DNA from: Oopsacas minuta | Taxonomy: Eukaryota > Animalia > Porifera | Reading direction: 5' to 3' | DNA: 64,000 bases | Assembly: GCA_024704765.1 (NCBI GenBank) | Contig: JAKMXF010000061.1 | Span: forward strand, 1-64,000 | Shown: positions 36,657 through 49,759 of the stretch, piece after piece | Layout of the letters: each line of letters begins with the position of its first letter | Position numbering within the stretch: the stretch's first letter is position 1 | Made by a program: the position numbers and the translations under genes | Notes under the pieces: model-generated | The model's database searches: none | The model's input: the letters and a program-made list of their open reading frames with translations, nothing else | What the model was told of the DNA's origin: nothing

Positions 36657-37947
36657 TAGTACACAAATGAGAAATGCAATGAATATCCTTTACTATTGGG
36701 TGGGGCAATTTATTTTCCACTATGCGCATATCTTCTCTAGAAGCTATTGAAGTCGAATGAATTAGCATAAATTTTCTTAATCAATAGCAAGAATTAATCT
36801 AGTAGAATTACCCAATTCTAAGAATTATTCTTAGAATTGCTTAATTCCAAGAATTGTTCTAAGAATTATTCTTAGAATCCTTTAAGCATTGCCAAGTTAA
36901 GAATTCTTAACGAAAACTAAGTATGTTTCATGAATACTTAGAATAATTCTTAGAACTTTAGTTAATAAGGCCCCTGGCTTCTGAGACATTGCACGGCGGC
37001 CCTGAGGTCCCATAAGTGCTTCCCCACGTCGGTGAGTGTGTCATAAAATCATCTCCGTAATATTCTGTCTGCTATGCTTTTTCACTGTTGAATTGATCGA
37101 TCGCTAGACTATGGCCTGAGAATTGCAGAGACCAAACTGAAGTACTTCAAACTGGAACTGCCCTCTGGGTGTATCAAACGTCGTGATTCCCTATATTCTT
37201 GACATACTGACATAGCAAATATGCAGCGGCCACATCCATACAAGAAAAGATCTTGCTACAGTCCTATCAGAGACGTCACCAGGATTTTTCACCAAGGGGC
37301 AGGACGATGGGTAAGGTGTTTCATGGGTTTAGCAGGAGCATGCCCAGTTCCGGATCTATAAATTTTTGTTGGGTAGAACCATCCAGCGCGGCAGTTGCGT
37401 GGTGTAGCTTTGATACTCGGGGGGATAAGATTTCAATCTGATTGTCAACAAGTTCTAGATGTTTCCTACTAGATTGAATTTGTGCACCGCAGATTTCCAA
37501 GCCTATGGCGCTGTAAATAATCAGTAATGGCGAAGAGCCAAACAATTGAAAGAAATTATGTTTGGCTGCAAATACCTCAGAAAGTTGTTTTTTCTGGTTG
37601 AGTAATGTGTAGCTCGGAGAATATTTGTGGCCCCCCAGTCACATATGCACGACGCTACTGCAGCTGGGGTTCTGGTGTGGTGTAGGTGGTCCAGTCGTGA
37701 CGGGACGTAGCCCTGGAGAATACTTTATGATTACTACTACTAGGCCCGACGGAGGCTCGCGAGATGTGAGGCGACCTTGAATTGTGATAATCGAAGAGTA
37801 AATAAAGTTACTTGAAGGAATCGACAACCCTCAAATATGCATTCCGATTATGAATGGAGTCATAAAGTTTGAGAACTCCACTAGAGATTACATTTGTCCT
37901 CAATGCAAACTAAAGTTGAGATACATTACTATAAATCAGTGTAAATA

Positions 37948-39305
37948 CAGTGCGTTCGGAAATTATTGGCAGTGAATTTGATTTGGTTCCATTCAATATC
38001 TATGTTAAGAATGATCAAAATCATATGATTTCTAATAATTCGGTACTCTCTCAAATAGAATATACATGAGTAACTAACATATAGCTAATAATTTATCTTC
38101 TTACCTCCACCTTTGATGCATAACCGAATTCTTTTGTCCATTGATAGACAAAATGGCTTTAAAAATTCAGGGTCAAATGTGTTCCATATCTCCAAAATAG
38201 CTTCTTTCAACTCATTTGAGCTAGTAAATCTCTTCTTTAGTACAGCCCAAAGATTTTCAATTGGGTTCAGATCGGGGCTATTGGAGGGCCAGTCGATCTG
38301 ATGTGGGACAAATTCCTGTTTCCAAGCCTTTGCTGCATTTCCTGTATGTATAGGACTGTTATCTTCCTGCAATACCCATTGATTTCCGTATAAAGCATTA
38401 GCTTCTTGTATAAGACACTCATTTAGAACTGTTTTGTATCGTTCCTGGTTGAAGTTTTCGGTGAAAACTTTGAGGTTTGTTTTGCCCATTACCGAAATAC
38501 CACCCCAAATATGGAGCTTCGATGGATGTTTGAAAGTTGGCAGGTTAATGGGCTGTCCTTTCTTTGTCCATACATGTATCTTGCCTGAATTTATCCATAT
38601 AGAGCATTCATCAGTAAAGAACACTTTAGACCAGTTCTGACCCCTCATTCGTTTACACCATTCCATTCGTTTAGTAATATGGAGTTGTGACAAGGCTGGA
38701 ATTCTTACTGCCTGGCGATATTGTAAGCCTCTCCTCTACATTTCCTCTGATAGTGTGCTTTTGGCAACTGGAGTACTCAATTTTGCTCGACATTCATTCA
38801 GAGTGATCCTTGGATTGTGTTGAACGAGTGCCATAATCCTATTCCTATCAGACTTGTGCAATATTTGAGGTCGACCTGCTCCTTTCTTATGAGTCAAGCT
38901 CTTTTTGTCAGAAATAGACTTCAAAACACGATATACTGTCCGCTCTGGTATAGCTAGTCGTCTTGATATTTCAGTCGCTTTTGTTATCCCAGCATCAAAG
39001 AGTTCCTTTATTCTGATTCTATTCTTTTCCTGAGCCTTCATACCAAAATTGTGGAAAGATATTGTTTGTGAAAGTCGGAAAATATGGGTCTAAAATGTGT
39101 GAACAAAAATAATAAGCACATATTTAATGTCAAAGATCATTTGGGATAGATAAGGCAGAAAATTAGAATGTCAGTGGATCTATACATTATATTTCGAGTA
39201 TATTATATGTTGCTATAACTTAGACGTCGTATATAAGGTTGTTTTAGAATATTTATAAAGGATAATGAAAATAGTATTTACTGTCAATAATTTCCGAACG
39301 CACTG
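37948..39305 (-). mobile_element. Tc1 DD34E element, copy A (1358 bp), inactivated
   Basis: TIR CAGTGCGTTCGGAAATTATTG, TA flanks. Premature stop at 38736 and a 15-bp deletion relative to copy B. Confidence 0.95.
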
Positions 39306-40329
39306 TACATAACAATCAATCAAAAAGAATATCACTACAAATATAATAACTATACTATTCATATCCGAACGAATTATTGATAAATTTGAGATATAGGCGA
39401 TAAGTGGTGAGAAGACGAGATCCTGAGGCGATATGCATCCTACTCGAGGGGTATTACATCTTCGATAACGGGAAATCGGTCATTGGGGATCCATTCGAAA
39501 GAATGAGGTAGTGGGTTGCTGCACTAGGGCCTTAGCACCTCTAACCTCCAATAGTGGCGGATCGGGATCACAAATGGTTTCCATTGATGGAGAGGAATTG
39601 CTCTCGCGAATTCATTAAAATATGATGGCTCGTCAAAAGATAAACAGTAAAATTATCGTGAACCACGCCCCCGAAACTTTAAGTACCAACAGATTTACAT
39701 AAAAAGTGGGGCGGCTCAGGCCGTCCCAGCCGCCCCTTCAGATTCCTAGGGGTCAATGTACCTAGAAACAGATCTAGCTTCTTAGGCAACAAATTGTTCG
39801 TTGACCAGTGTTATTTTCCGATTGGCTTTGTGCTTGCGCATATGAATAAGATGGATACATTTCAGGGTTCTCCTCAGGAATTTGTTAAGGCATATCAGTT
39901 TATGTGTCATATGTCTGGAGGAATTTTCACCAGCCATAGCTCAATGCCAGAGTGATATATTTGGACTAAATAGTGAAATCTTAAACAAACAACAACGACA
40001 AGTTATCAATAATTATTATATCAATGGAGGTGTCGCCAAGAAAGTCGTACGCTAATCCTTGATATTATAACTTGTATGGTCAATTCAAATTTTACTGTGC
40101 CGACTATACTTTAGTATAGTGGCCCAGTATTGAGATGGGTTTATCTATCTTTTCGCAACTGAAGAGATACCGGCCCGGGAAAACACTGCATTTGCTCAGG
40201 GTATTACCACTCGAAAATATTACCTAGTTCGGTAGATCAATACAAGCTTTATCCCTTATGTATGTGTGGGATTAATAATATTGTGTGTAAGATGAGAGCG
40301 AAGCTATCCGAAATTTTCCAGTTTACAAT

Positions 40330-41330
40330 ATAAGCCAAGGTACGAGTTTTCTAGGGGTTGCATTGTCCCGGGCACGTATTCTACCAAGAGGTGCATTTCC
40401 CCACTATGCTCCCCGTAGCAACATCCCTGCGTCCAAATGGTCTAAAATGGATTGCTGATAAGGCAAAGTATATGATCTTTCCTGGTACGTCATTTCTTTT
40501 GCGACAATCCACTGCAACCGCATCTGCCCGTCGTTCCTCCGCACCAGTACTACATCTGGAGCCCAAGGTGACTCAGAAGGTCTGACAATCCCATTTTTTA
40601 ATATTTCCTCTACTTGCATCACAATGTTCTCTCTCTACTCTGGAGGTATGCGACGAGATCGATTCTTGACGGGCTGGACATCTTCAGTAATGATAGCGTT
40701 TACGTAGACATTAGCCTTCGTGCTTCCCGGCCGTTTAGAGTTTTGAGGAAACACATTCGTATCTCTTCCAGGTGACTTGGGATCGCGATTTCGTCGGCTG
40801 ATGGGAGCAGAGGATTCACATCCCATGAGCTAATGTGATGCGAGCAGGGGTGTAGTCTAGGAGAGCGGCGCCCCCTCACTTTAACTTGATCATTGATATT
40901 TTATTATAATAATGGTAGATAAGTTTCCGGAGTTTCCCCTCTTTCGTACTCTAGTCAACTCCGCTTAATGGGATAACATCGGTACAAGGCAATTTCCAAC
41001 CAATTTAGTGAATTAAATGTGTTAGACCCGGCCTCTTGAGAATGGAATAGTAGTGTTTCCCAGCAAGGTTCATGGACTGTGCAGTAATTCAGTGGAAGTG
41101 GCCGAGTTTGTGGATTTACCTATCGAGATTGGAGGACATGAGCTATTCATTCAGAGGATACAGGTTTTGGAGAGCCACGAGAATGTATTTTTGTTAGGCA
41201 GGGTATTCTGAGCAAGAATGAGACGATAACCTTCGATTGGAACAGACATCAGGTTTCGGCTGGGAAAGAAATGGTTACAGGGCGACAGCTCTGGAATGAG
41301 CTCAAACTGTTAGGTACATGGAAGAGATAG
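40330..41330. pseudogene. Gypsy pol fragments: RT N-terminus on - (40330-40830), protease C-terminus on + (~41000-41290)
   Basis: Minus: QPVKNRSRRIP, ILKNGIVRPSESPWAPDVVLVRRNDG. Plus: EFVDLPIEIGG...LLGRVF...TFDWNR, similar to ORF 9345-9614. Confidence 0.7.
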
Positions 41331-41449
41331 AGTCATCGCATCCAGGAGTGTAGTCCTCAAATTACTATTGGGGAGCGGTTACAAAATAATATATTACGAA
41401 AAATAGGTAAACCAAAGTTCTTTTTCTCTCAACGGAACATGTTGTAATA

Positions 41450-41660
41450 TACATTACGAGAAATTTAAACTAAAAATACTTTCAAATAATGTTGTCATTC
41501 TTCGGTGCAAATGTAACAGTCGTCTCCGCAATCCATTCTTACCAAACGATTCTATATTCAATGATCGTATAAACGCGTCAGTATTGAATTCCAAGGCCCA
41601 CATTGTGGAATTAGGCGGTAAGAAGTGAAATTTGACTTCGCCATTTATCACAATTAATGT
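41450..41660 (-). pseudogene. pogo/Tigger DDE transposase fragment
   Basis: VKFHFLPPNST...IRS...RRRLL resembles the pogo FLPPNTT..QPxDQG.I...K..YRRRLL region. Confidence 0.5.
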
Positions 41661-43182
41661 GTGCTTCGATTCTACACTATTTCAAACCTAGAAATACGCT
41701 ATTATTAGTTACTCAATTATACCATGTGTAACCAAAGGCTCAAACTTAGGCTAAAATTTGAGATTTGAGAACCTGAAAATCAGCATTCCTGGAGTTTCAG
41801 TAATAACTAATTCAATGGTATTTATCAATGTTCGTATGCATTATGTGATAAATTTTAATGTATTTGCAAAACAAATTAAATATACATTTTTTCATTTTCA
41901 AGCATTTTTAGCTATCTATTTTTATCCATATTTCATCTTCTTGATATTCCTTTAGGTCCCCGATCTTACAATACTATAATTGTGAGTTTATTAGTCGCCA
42001 CTTCGTATAGTTTATCTTTACGAAATTTCATCCTCAATAATTCCTATAACCGCCCAAAGGCGCCCACGTATACTTTTTGACATTGTGTATATGGGGCACA
42101 CCAATTCGGATGGAATATATGTTGAAAATTTTGTTTTCGTTATAACATTTTATTATTACTGTAATTCTAATTCATTAGTATGATTTTGTGAAGTATCCAC
42201 TGCAGAATTTAATTCAGTATATGCATTGTTATTCAATTTCATCAATAAATAGGGCTGGCTGATATAAAACACTCAAAAATTTAGAACTCATTTATTCTTG
42301 AACCAAAATTATTAATTAATTCAAAATACCACAAAAACACTTCATAGTCCCATTTCCAGAAGTGCAACTAAAACTCTTGTGCCATTTTTGATATCTACTC
42401 AGTCGATTATTATATATGACAAAATTTACATATGTCTTCAGTGTAAGTACCTACTACCCCATAATCGCCATTATGCAACACTGCGAGACCTACCACCATT
42501 AGTAGGCTGCACCTTATGACACCGAACTTGTGTATGTCCTCTCTAACCCTTGATTGCACATCGTCGATTGGGCAGAACATTCATCCATGACCTTGTTTCC
42601 CTCAAGTATAGCTTTCCATCCCATTTGACATTCTGCTTGGTGGAATCTAACGCCCTGCGCGCCATGTCGCATCACTATGTCAACTTCCTCGTCCTCTGAC
42701 GAAAGACACTAACTAATCTATTTGGCCTTATCGTCTATGCCATCTACCACTATTATAGGTATTCTGGAGAAGAGCCCAAAACCGTACCTACCTCCATTAT
42801 AAATACTCGACCATCTTAATCTGTCAATTACACAGCCCAACAAAAATGAAAAATACTTTGGCGCCTCAAAATTTTGGCCTGTTATAGAGTATACTTGATC
42901 TGCTGATTTGAAACTACCATCGGTTTTGCTCATTCAGCTCTAATTTTGAGATAGATTATATTTCCTTAAATTCTGATTCCCCTTATTGTGGGACTTAATT
43001 TAAGAATTTAACCTAACTATTTCATATTCCCTTAGCAAATCATAACAGTTTTGTGCCTGACTCAAGTCTTGAATTAAAGTATCTCTCATTTATTCACCAT
43101 GATTAATTTTTATGGATATAATTAATTTTATCATTTATTATTGATTTCCATTTCAAATATTAAGTTATTGTTATTGTATTAC

Positions 43183-44123
43183 ATGGCTTCGTTACCGAGA
43201 AGTAGTTTGAATAACCCAGATGTATTTTGCTCTATTAGTGGTTGCTATAATATGCGAGAACAGCGGGAACCTATTTCTTACTTTGTCAAGAAGGCATATC
43301 TTGCTGATTTACGGACTAAGATAAACTATGGGCCCCGCACATAATATGTAAAACTTGTACGTACCATCTGCGTTAATGAACAGTTTGTAAGAGGAGAAGT
43401 CTGAAGTTTGGTATACCAATGGTTTGGAGGGAGCCACAAAACTATTATGATGATTGTTAATTTTGTATTTCAACATCAAGGGCATCAATTATAAGAATAA
43501 GAGTAATTGGATATATCCTGACCTAGAGTCAGCGAGGCGTCCTGTTCCACGCTCAGAAGAGGCGCCCATTCGGCTTCGAACCTTCATCTAAATGATTCAG
43601 ATATTCCTCATGAAGCAGAATTTAATTCGGGTGATAGCGATTTTGAAGATACTTCATCGATGGCCCCAACGTTTAGATCAACTCCAACTGAATGATCTGA
43701 TCATGGATCTCAACCTCTCGAAAGAATCCTCTGAAGTGCTGGCATCCGGATTGAATGACCAAAATTTACTTCATCCTGGAACCAAGATTCCATACTATCG
43801 TAGCAGAGAAAAGTCTTTACTGCCATAGATTTCCAACGATAATAGTCTAGTTAGCGCAATGATGTGGGAGGTCTTTTAGGAGAAATGGGGGTATCCGAAT
43901 ACAGGGCATATGAATGGCGTCTTTTTTCGACAGTTCTACTAGGAGTTTGAAATGTGTTTGCTCCATAATGGGAACAAATATGCTTCTATTCTAATCGGTC
44001 ATAAACCAGTATGAAGTAGTATGTGTCAATCAAACTGCTTTTGGAGAAACTGGAATATCATGTTTATCAATGGGTAATTTGTGTTGACTTAAAGATGGTT
44101 AATTTCCTCCTTTGCCAGCAAAG
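43183..44123 (+). pseudogene. Chapaev3-like (CMC) transposase N-terminal half, interrupted by T4
   Basis: NNPDVFCSISG...FVKKAY...PHIICKTC...FGIPMVWREPQNYYDDC.FC...YPDLESARRPVP, QLNDLIMDLNLSKESSEVLAS, EWRL..DSS..SLKC.LLHNGN, ICVDLKMVNFLLCQQS. Family name assigned from memory. Confidence 0.7.
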
Positions 44124-46830
44124 CACAATGGCACGACAAGTGGAAACTGCTAAATATTTGACAGTGATATTTTTGAAATCTATTTAATCCTATCTTATTC
44201 AGCATACTCGGAAACCCAGAAATACAGCATATAATGATATTTGATAGTATTACTTTTGAACAATAGTTATTTATAGATGAGTAACTTCAAACATGATGAA
44301 AACACAAAAATCAAGGTTTCTCAAAGTAGCCAAAGGAATTCGACACATATTCATGTTTTAGTTTTGTTTATGATAATTGTAGCCTGTCATATTGAAGTAC
44401 TTTGTGTGGCCATTATAATGAAATACATGACTACTAAATTATAATAATAGCTTTTAGAATAAACTAGATAGAAATTCCTAATATTTTTGGTGAATTTATG
44501 TTTGGTCAATTGAGTTTGAAATGCCGCAACTATCTTTGCCTGTTGTTGCCCGTTGTAAATTGGATTATCTTTTGAAGAAACTTATATTTAAAACAAAATA
44601 AACATAGTTCTAGCCTGGCGCTACTTGGCGCTAATTGAGTTTTTACAGCCCTTATGTAAGCAACAAATTTTATCTTATGGTTGATTATTAATTAGTTTCA
44701 ATTTTATTCCGTCCTAATGAACAGCAAAGAAGCCTTCAATTTCTATATGTCCAACTCGGAGAAAGCGTTTAATACGATTGTTCGTGAGTTTATTACTAAA
44801 TAGAATCTTGAAGAGTCCAACTGTGACCTTTTCCGACGAAATTTTCGAATATTAAGTCTGAAGAAAATTATATTTGAAAGAGAAGAACTTAGCAACTTGG
44901 GAGGAATTGCTCTTTTGTAGGGATCCTCAAATGGATGACATTCCACAGTCTTCAAATGAAGCTAGACCCTTCAAGGAATCTACAATTGTATTCGAGGAAG
45001 ATTTTAGTCGAGTATCTCGGAAGCACATCAGCGAATTAAGTAATAAAGGTATGCGATATCGATTAGCCAACCTGAGATTACATCTGGAAGCTGTGGCACA
45101 GCGGGAAGAAGTTTCATCTAAGATTATTTCTAGCTACTTACTGTTGTTGTATTCACAGGAAGAGCATGATGTTAGCACCGCTAATATCAGCAAAAATGTA
45201 ATTGCCGGGAGTCATGGATTAGGAAATTTCAACAGGAAACTCTCTTTAGATTCGTCTTGCTTCTTACTAGACACATTAGAAATTGGGAGGTCAAAATACA
45301 TCGACCTAAGACTTATATTAATTAATGAGGATATCACCTTCCTGGTTACAATAGAGTCGCAATCCATCGTAGTCAAATTTGCTTAATTAATGAGTTGGAA
45401 ATAGTGGAAAGTGAGTATTTGGTTTGCATTGGCATTTCAGATCACAGATTACTCACTCACACAGTGAATAGGATAATATTCACAAATACTCCAGTGATGA
45501 CCAACCACTTAAGATTCGGATATCTGATGGGTTAGATGGGTCAGATTCCCACCGCGTAAATCAACAAGCAACATCCCATCCCGATTTAACAATCAAGAAC
45601 TTTCTATTAATTGGATATAAGGTGCTTTCTATCACCAATCACCAAGGAAAAGTCCTCTGGAAGAACTCTGTTCCGAAATCCCCATTCTCGATAAGGCCAA
45701 TAACCATACTTGCTCTACAAGAAAATCTAGAAAACGTAGGCTTCCTTAAGTCGACAATAGTCAACAAGAAGACTGAGTGCATCGAAAAAAATTGTTCTAA
45801 ATTTGATTAATGGTATCACTGCTAGTGTCTAAATTTTGCGTTCGCAAATTGATGGAAAAATGGCTCAAATTTTGAGTGGTGCAGGAGGAGCTTGTTGTCA
45901 GTTTTGCACAACTACATTCGAGCAAATGCACGGTTTAACTTTTGTCCAGGATGGCTTTCCCATCAACAGGTTTATCAGTGATGCAAAGATCATATTAGAG
46001 GAGTTGATGAAGAGCGATTTCTCTCACTAAGTTCAAACGAAAGGTTTAATCTTACGCATGCACCTTTATCTGATATAGACATAATCCCAGGTTCACTATT
46101 ACACGCATACATGAGGTGTTTCAGTTGGCTTATGTCCCTGGTAAGCCATCTAACTGCTGGAGTGACTAAATGGTCCCCAACTTCTACTAAAGTCCAATAC
46201 ACCAAGACTTTTATTTGCGGTTTGTTAAATGAAAAGTTGAATTTGATGATTGATTGTGCTTCTTCACAAGCTGGAACTTCTACAACAGGAAATGTTGTGA
46301 GGCGATGCTTAGTGAAAAAGACTTCCTATACTGGATTTTGACAGTATTACCATCGAATTACAAACAAGTGATCACTGATATCCACACCTACCTTGGAGCC
46401 ATCCTACGGGTATAATTCTAATGGAAGAATACACACAGACGAACTCTCATTGGTATGTCGCGAACTTTATCAGCTGATTTTGGCCCAATTTTCTTGGCTA
46501 ACATAACCCCTACAATGCACAACTGTGAGGTCATGCAGCAAACATTATTTCTGTTATAATGGTGGTTATGGACTGGAACAGTTATCAGAGGAAGATCTGG
46601 AGACAAGCATAAAGTTACTCAGAAGATTTAGAGAACGTCTGTCGAGGAAGTTTTCTTTTGAAGAAAACGTAAAAGTTGTTTTCGCACGGATCATCTGCCA
46701 AAGTGATGCGATTCTTCTACAAACAGAAAAATGCGGAAAAGTGTCTCAAGTAACAGCGATACTCTTAGTAAACAAGATCTTATTGTTAATTCCCTCATAA
46801 TAGAGGATGATTAAGTGTATTTCTAAAAAC
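44124..46830 (+). mobile_element. RAG1-core/Transib-like element (T4), left end CACAATG, right end not found
   Basis: Starts CACAATGGCACGAC exactly where the Chapaev frame breaks. NBD-like RKHISELSNKGMRYRL, LDTLEIGRSKY, DGLDGSDSH, SQIDGK, CCQFC, LHAYMRCFSW, GTSTTGNVVRRC, SEEDLETSIKLLRRFR. Confidence 0.88.
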
Positions 46831-47229
46831 TATATTGAAATTCCAATGGCGTCATAACTCGTGACTCCGAAGCCGTATATAAATTCTGATAGTGTAAATC
46901 TGTTGTATAGGGTAGATAACCTATACGTCAATAATACATCGTAAATCCATATCAGTTACGTAAATTGCTATTTCAACCTAACTGCCATTTCGTGCACTGT
47001 ACGTAAGTTGCCAATGGTTGAAAAGCCCTGGTCTAATAAGATTAGCGAAATTCAATTTTATCTTTCCTTGGTAAAACGGAGGTTTAGTAGAATAATATTA
47101 TTTCAATGATTCGCTAAATTTCATTTGTAAAATTTACGTCAGCACAGACGGCGATTCGACATTTCTCATTAGATTCGAATAAAATGTATTTTTCGATAAA
47201 AATATCTAAGATGTCATCAAATTTATTCG

Positions 47230-47760
47230 TCTGGAACCTTGTTACTAATAGTTACGCATTTATTACATCATATACTTGATCCAATTATTACTAAAATCTG
47301 TGAGCTCGACCGTTTAACACTGGTTGAATTAACATACTCTACACTATCGAACCATGCATGTGTACTGTGCAAGCTCACATTACCACAATCTAGAACTACC
47401 AGATTCAAAATTGCATATAGGAAAACTAAAGGTATTGATCAAGATAAGCTACTAGAAATATCTCTGCGGCATGTGCAGATATTACTTCAAGAGACTTAAT
47501 TCTATTCCACAAAAATTGGTTGACTTATATGCTTCTGTTCCTCACGAGTGATAATATTCTGTCCTAAAGCTCCTTGATACAAGTGACTTCATGGACACCA
47601 AAAGATTGAAACGGAGAGCTGAAAGAGGATACCTTAAATCTTGACTTGGAACTTACCATGACATCTTAAAAGAGAAATGTCTAATACATAATGAGTTGAT
47701 AGAATCTGCTAAAAATATTATAGAGCTAAGATTGAAGAATGTGGTAATAATCGCCATATA
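47230..47760 (+). pseudogene. LINE (CR1/L2-like) ORF2 fragment, end of endonuclease and linker
   Basis: LSNHACVLCKL...IAYRKTKGID, then KRLKRRAER...HDILKEKCLIHNELIESAK. Confidence 0.55.
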
Positions 47761-47928
47761 TGCTCTTTTCTGGGTGAAAACTTCCTTGCTTCCGCCTCAT
47801 TAAATATAATTCTATTGCTGGTCTTGCAGATATCTTTGCGGACTTCTTTCATAATACAGGAGCACTCGATAAATACTAATCATACCATACTAAAACTATA
47901 AATACTTGCGTAAACTTGGTGATTTTTG

Positions 47929-48504
47929 CTATGAATGTTCAAAGTAGTCTCCTTTATACGCTACAACTGAATTTAGCCTTTTAATCCAATTTTCAAAGGT
48001 CTTCCTGTACTCATCCTTGGGTATGACTACAAGGTATCTGTAAATCGCCCGACCAAGGCTGAGTTGATCCTCAAATTCGCGTCCGGAGAGGTTATCTTTG
48101 AGTTTTCTAAACAGCCAGAAGTCACATGGGGCTATATCAGGGGAGTAAAGTGGATGTGAAACTTCGTGCATATCCATATCGTTAATTTTTCGTCTTACAG
48201 TCCAAGATTTATGCGGTCTAGCATTATCATGCAAAATTTTGAGACCACGAGTTCCAGTCTTTGGACGATGCTTAAGATAAAGTTTTTCGACCTCAGGCAC
48301 ACCACATCTGCGTAAAATTATCCTATGAATATCTGACCTTTTCGGAACAGGGATTTGGGCTACAGGACCTAGGCATCGAAAAGTATGCAGTACAAGACCT
48401 TCGGGGCACGGAAGTCGGACACACAAACAGCTGGGGGCACCCTTCCCTTCTTTAGCCATACCCTGCCATCTTGCTTTATGATCGGTGGTTTGAATTGTAT
48501 CCAT
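47929..48504 (-). pseudogene. mariner DD34D transposase C-terminal remnant
   Basis: ILHDNARPH...HPLYSPDIAPCDFWLF (34 spacing), GDYFE at the C-terminus. Confidence 0.88.
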
Positions 48505-49759
48505 GTTTCATCTCCTGTTACTATCTCTAATAACCGCCTAGGGTCACTCCCTTCATAAATTTCAAGGTTTTCCTAACCATTTGGAGTCTCGCTGCCTTTT
48601 ATGGAAAGGTTAAGCAATATGGTACCCATCGCACTTGGACCTCCTCAGTTCTAAATCCGGGTTCAGAATTGTGTGTGCACTTCCCGTTGAAATTCCAACA
48701 GAGTTAGCTAGCTCCTCAACCTAAAAATGCGGAAAAGATTCGACATATTCCTTTACTTCACTCAATTTGTTATTGTTGGTTGCCATCTTTGGTGCTCCAG
48801 GACGAGGGGCGTCTTGGACAGAGGTCCTACCTTCCCTAAATAGGCTCACCTACCTTCTGACAGTTGAATACGATAAAGTATCTTCTCCACATATCGTTGC
48901 CAACTCGTCAAGAATAGACTTTGGAGGAATTTCGAGAATGGTGCGAAATTTGATGTACGTTCGTTGTTCAAGTTCCGAAAAATTTGGACAAGAAGCAATG
49001 AAAAGTGTAAAGGAGAAAATGTAGGTTTCTAAAAATAACTGAAACTTGGGAAATAATTAAGTGATCTACTCTTTCTATGTTTTGTTAGAAAGTTGAAATA
49101 TGGTTCTATATAATTGCACCAAGAAATACACAGTATGCAAGTGTGGTAACATGGTGAATAGGCATATTTTAAATAACATATTTTAATGCATTTTTGAATT
49201 CTCCATAGTTCAATTAGCAAGAAAATATCATTGCAAGCATTAGAAGCAGTTAGGAATCCTAACTACGCACAACTTTGGTATGTATTTCTAATAATAGATA
49301 GATATATTTTCAAACAGCAAATTCCTATGCCCTATTGTATGTAATCATATTTATGCAGATACTAAATATAAGAGTAAAAACATCTGATTATAAATCTATA
49401 TTGTAACAACAATTTAATCATTGATAGGTTACCCTAGATATTCATTTATACTTTTTCTGGGTGCCTAGTTTGGCCCTCCCAAAGTTATAATTTGGAATTT
49501 TTTCTCATTGATTGAAGTGTAGCATCTCTTGTTTGGCAAAATTTGACAAAACATTATTAATACACGTAATGTTACTATATTTAGTGGACTATTTAATCAC
49601 TTTCCAGGCTTGCCAAAAGCTGCCCAAAAATTTATAACGTCATTCGTTGTCCAGACCGGACAAAATACGTAAAAAATATATTTTTCATACGTTTCGAATT
49701 TTTCAGTAAAATTCTAGATTTTGCTGGTTATTAGTTATTCCAATACTCTACAACCATCT

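Larger units (their letters stand above)
34067..36973. mobile_element. PIF/Harbinger transposon with convergent Myb/SANT ORF and transposase
   Basis: TIR GGGCCTTATTAACTAAA at both ends, flanked by CAG and CTG (CWG-type target). Arrays of TTCTTAGAAT/ATTCTAAGAA at 34080-34280 and 36780-36960. Confidence 0.93.
33380..37260 (-). pseudogene. Ty3/Gypsy pol remnant (RT to RNase H) split by the Harbinger element
   Basis: 36974-37260: TTFDTPRGQFQFEVLQFGLCNSQA. 33380-34063: GIQL...VLGH, SFYIEVDASALRVAAVLSR. Removing the Harbinger plus 3 bp restores QKPGIQL in frame. Confidence 0.75.

Noticed and set aside
46975-47030. tttcgtgcactgta as the right TIR of T4
   Set aside because: Only a partial match to the left end, no TSD, and it could equally be a Tc1- or hAT-type end (CAGGGCTTTTCAACC lies next to it).
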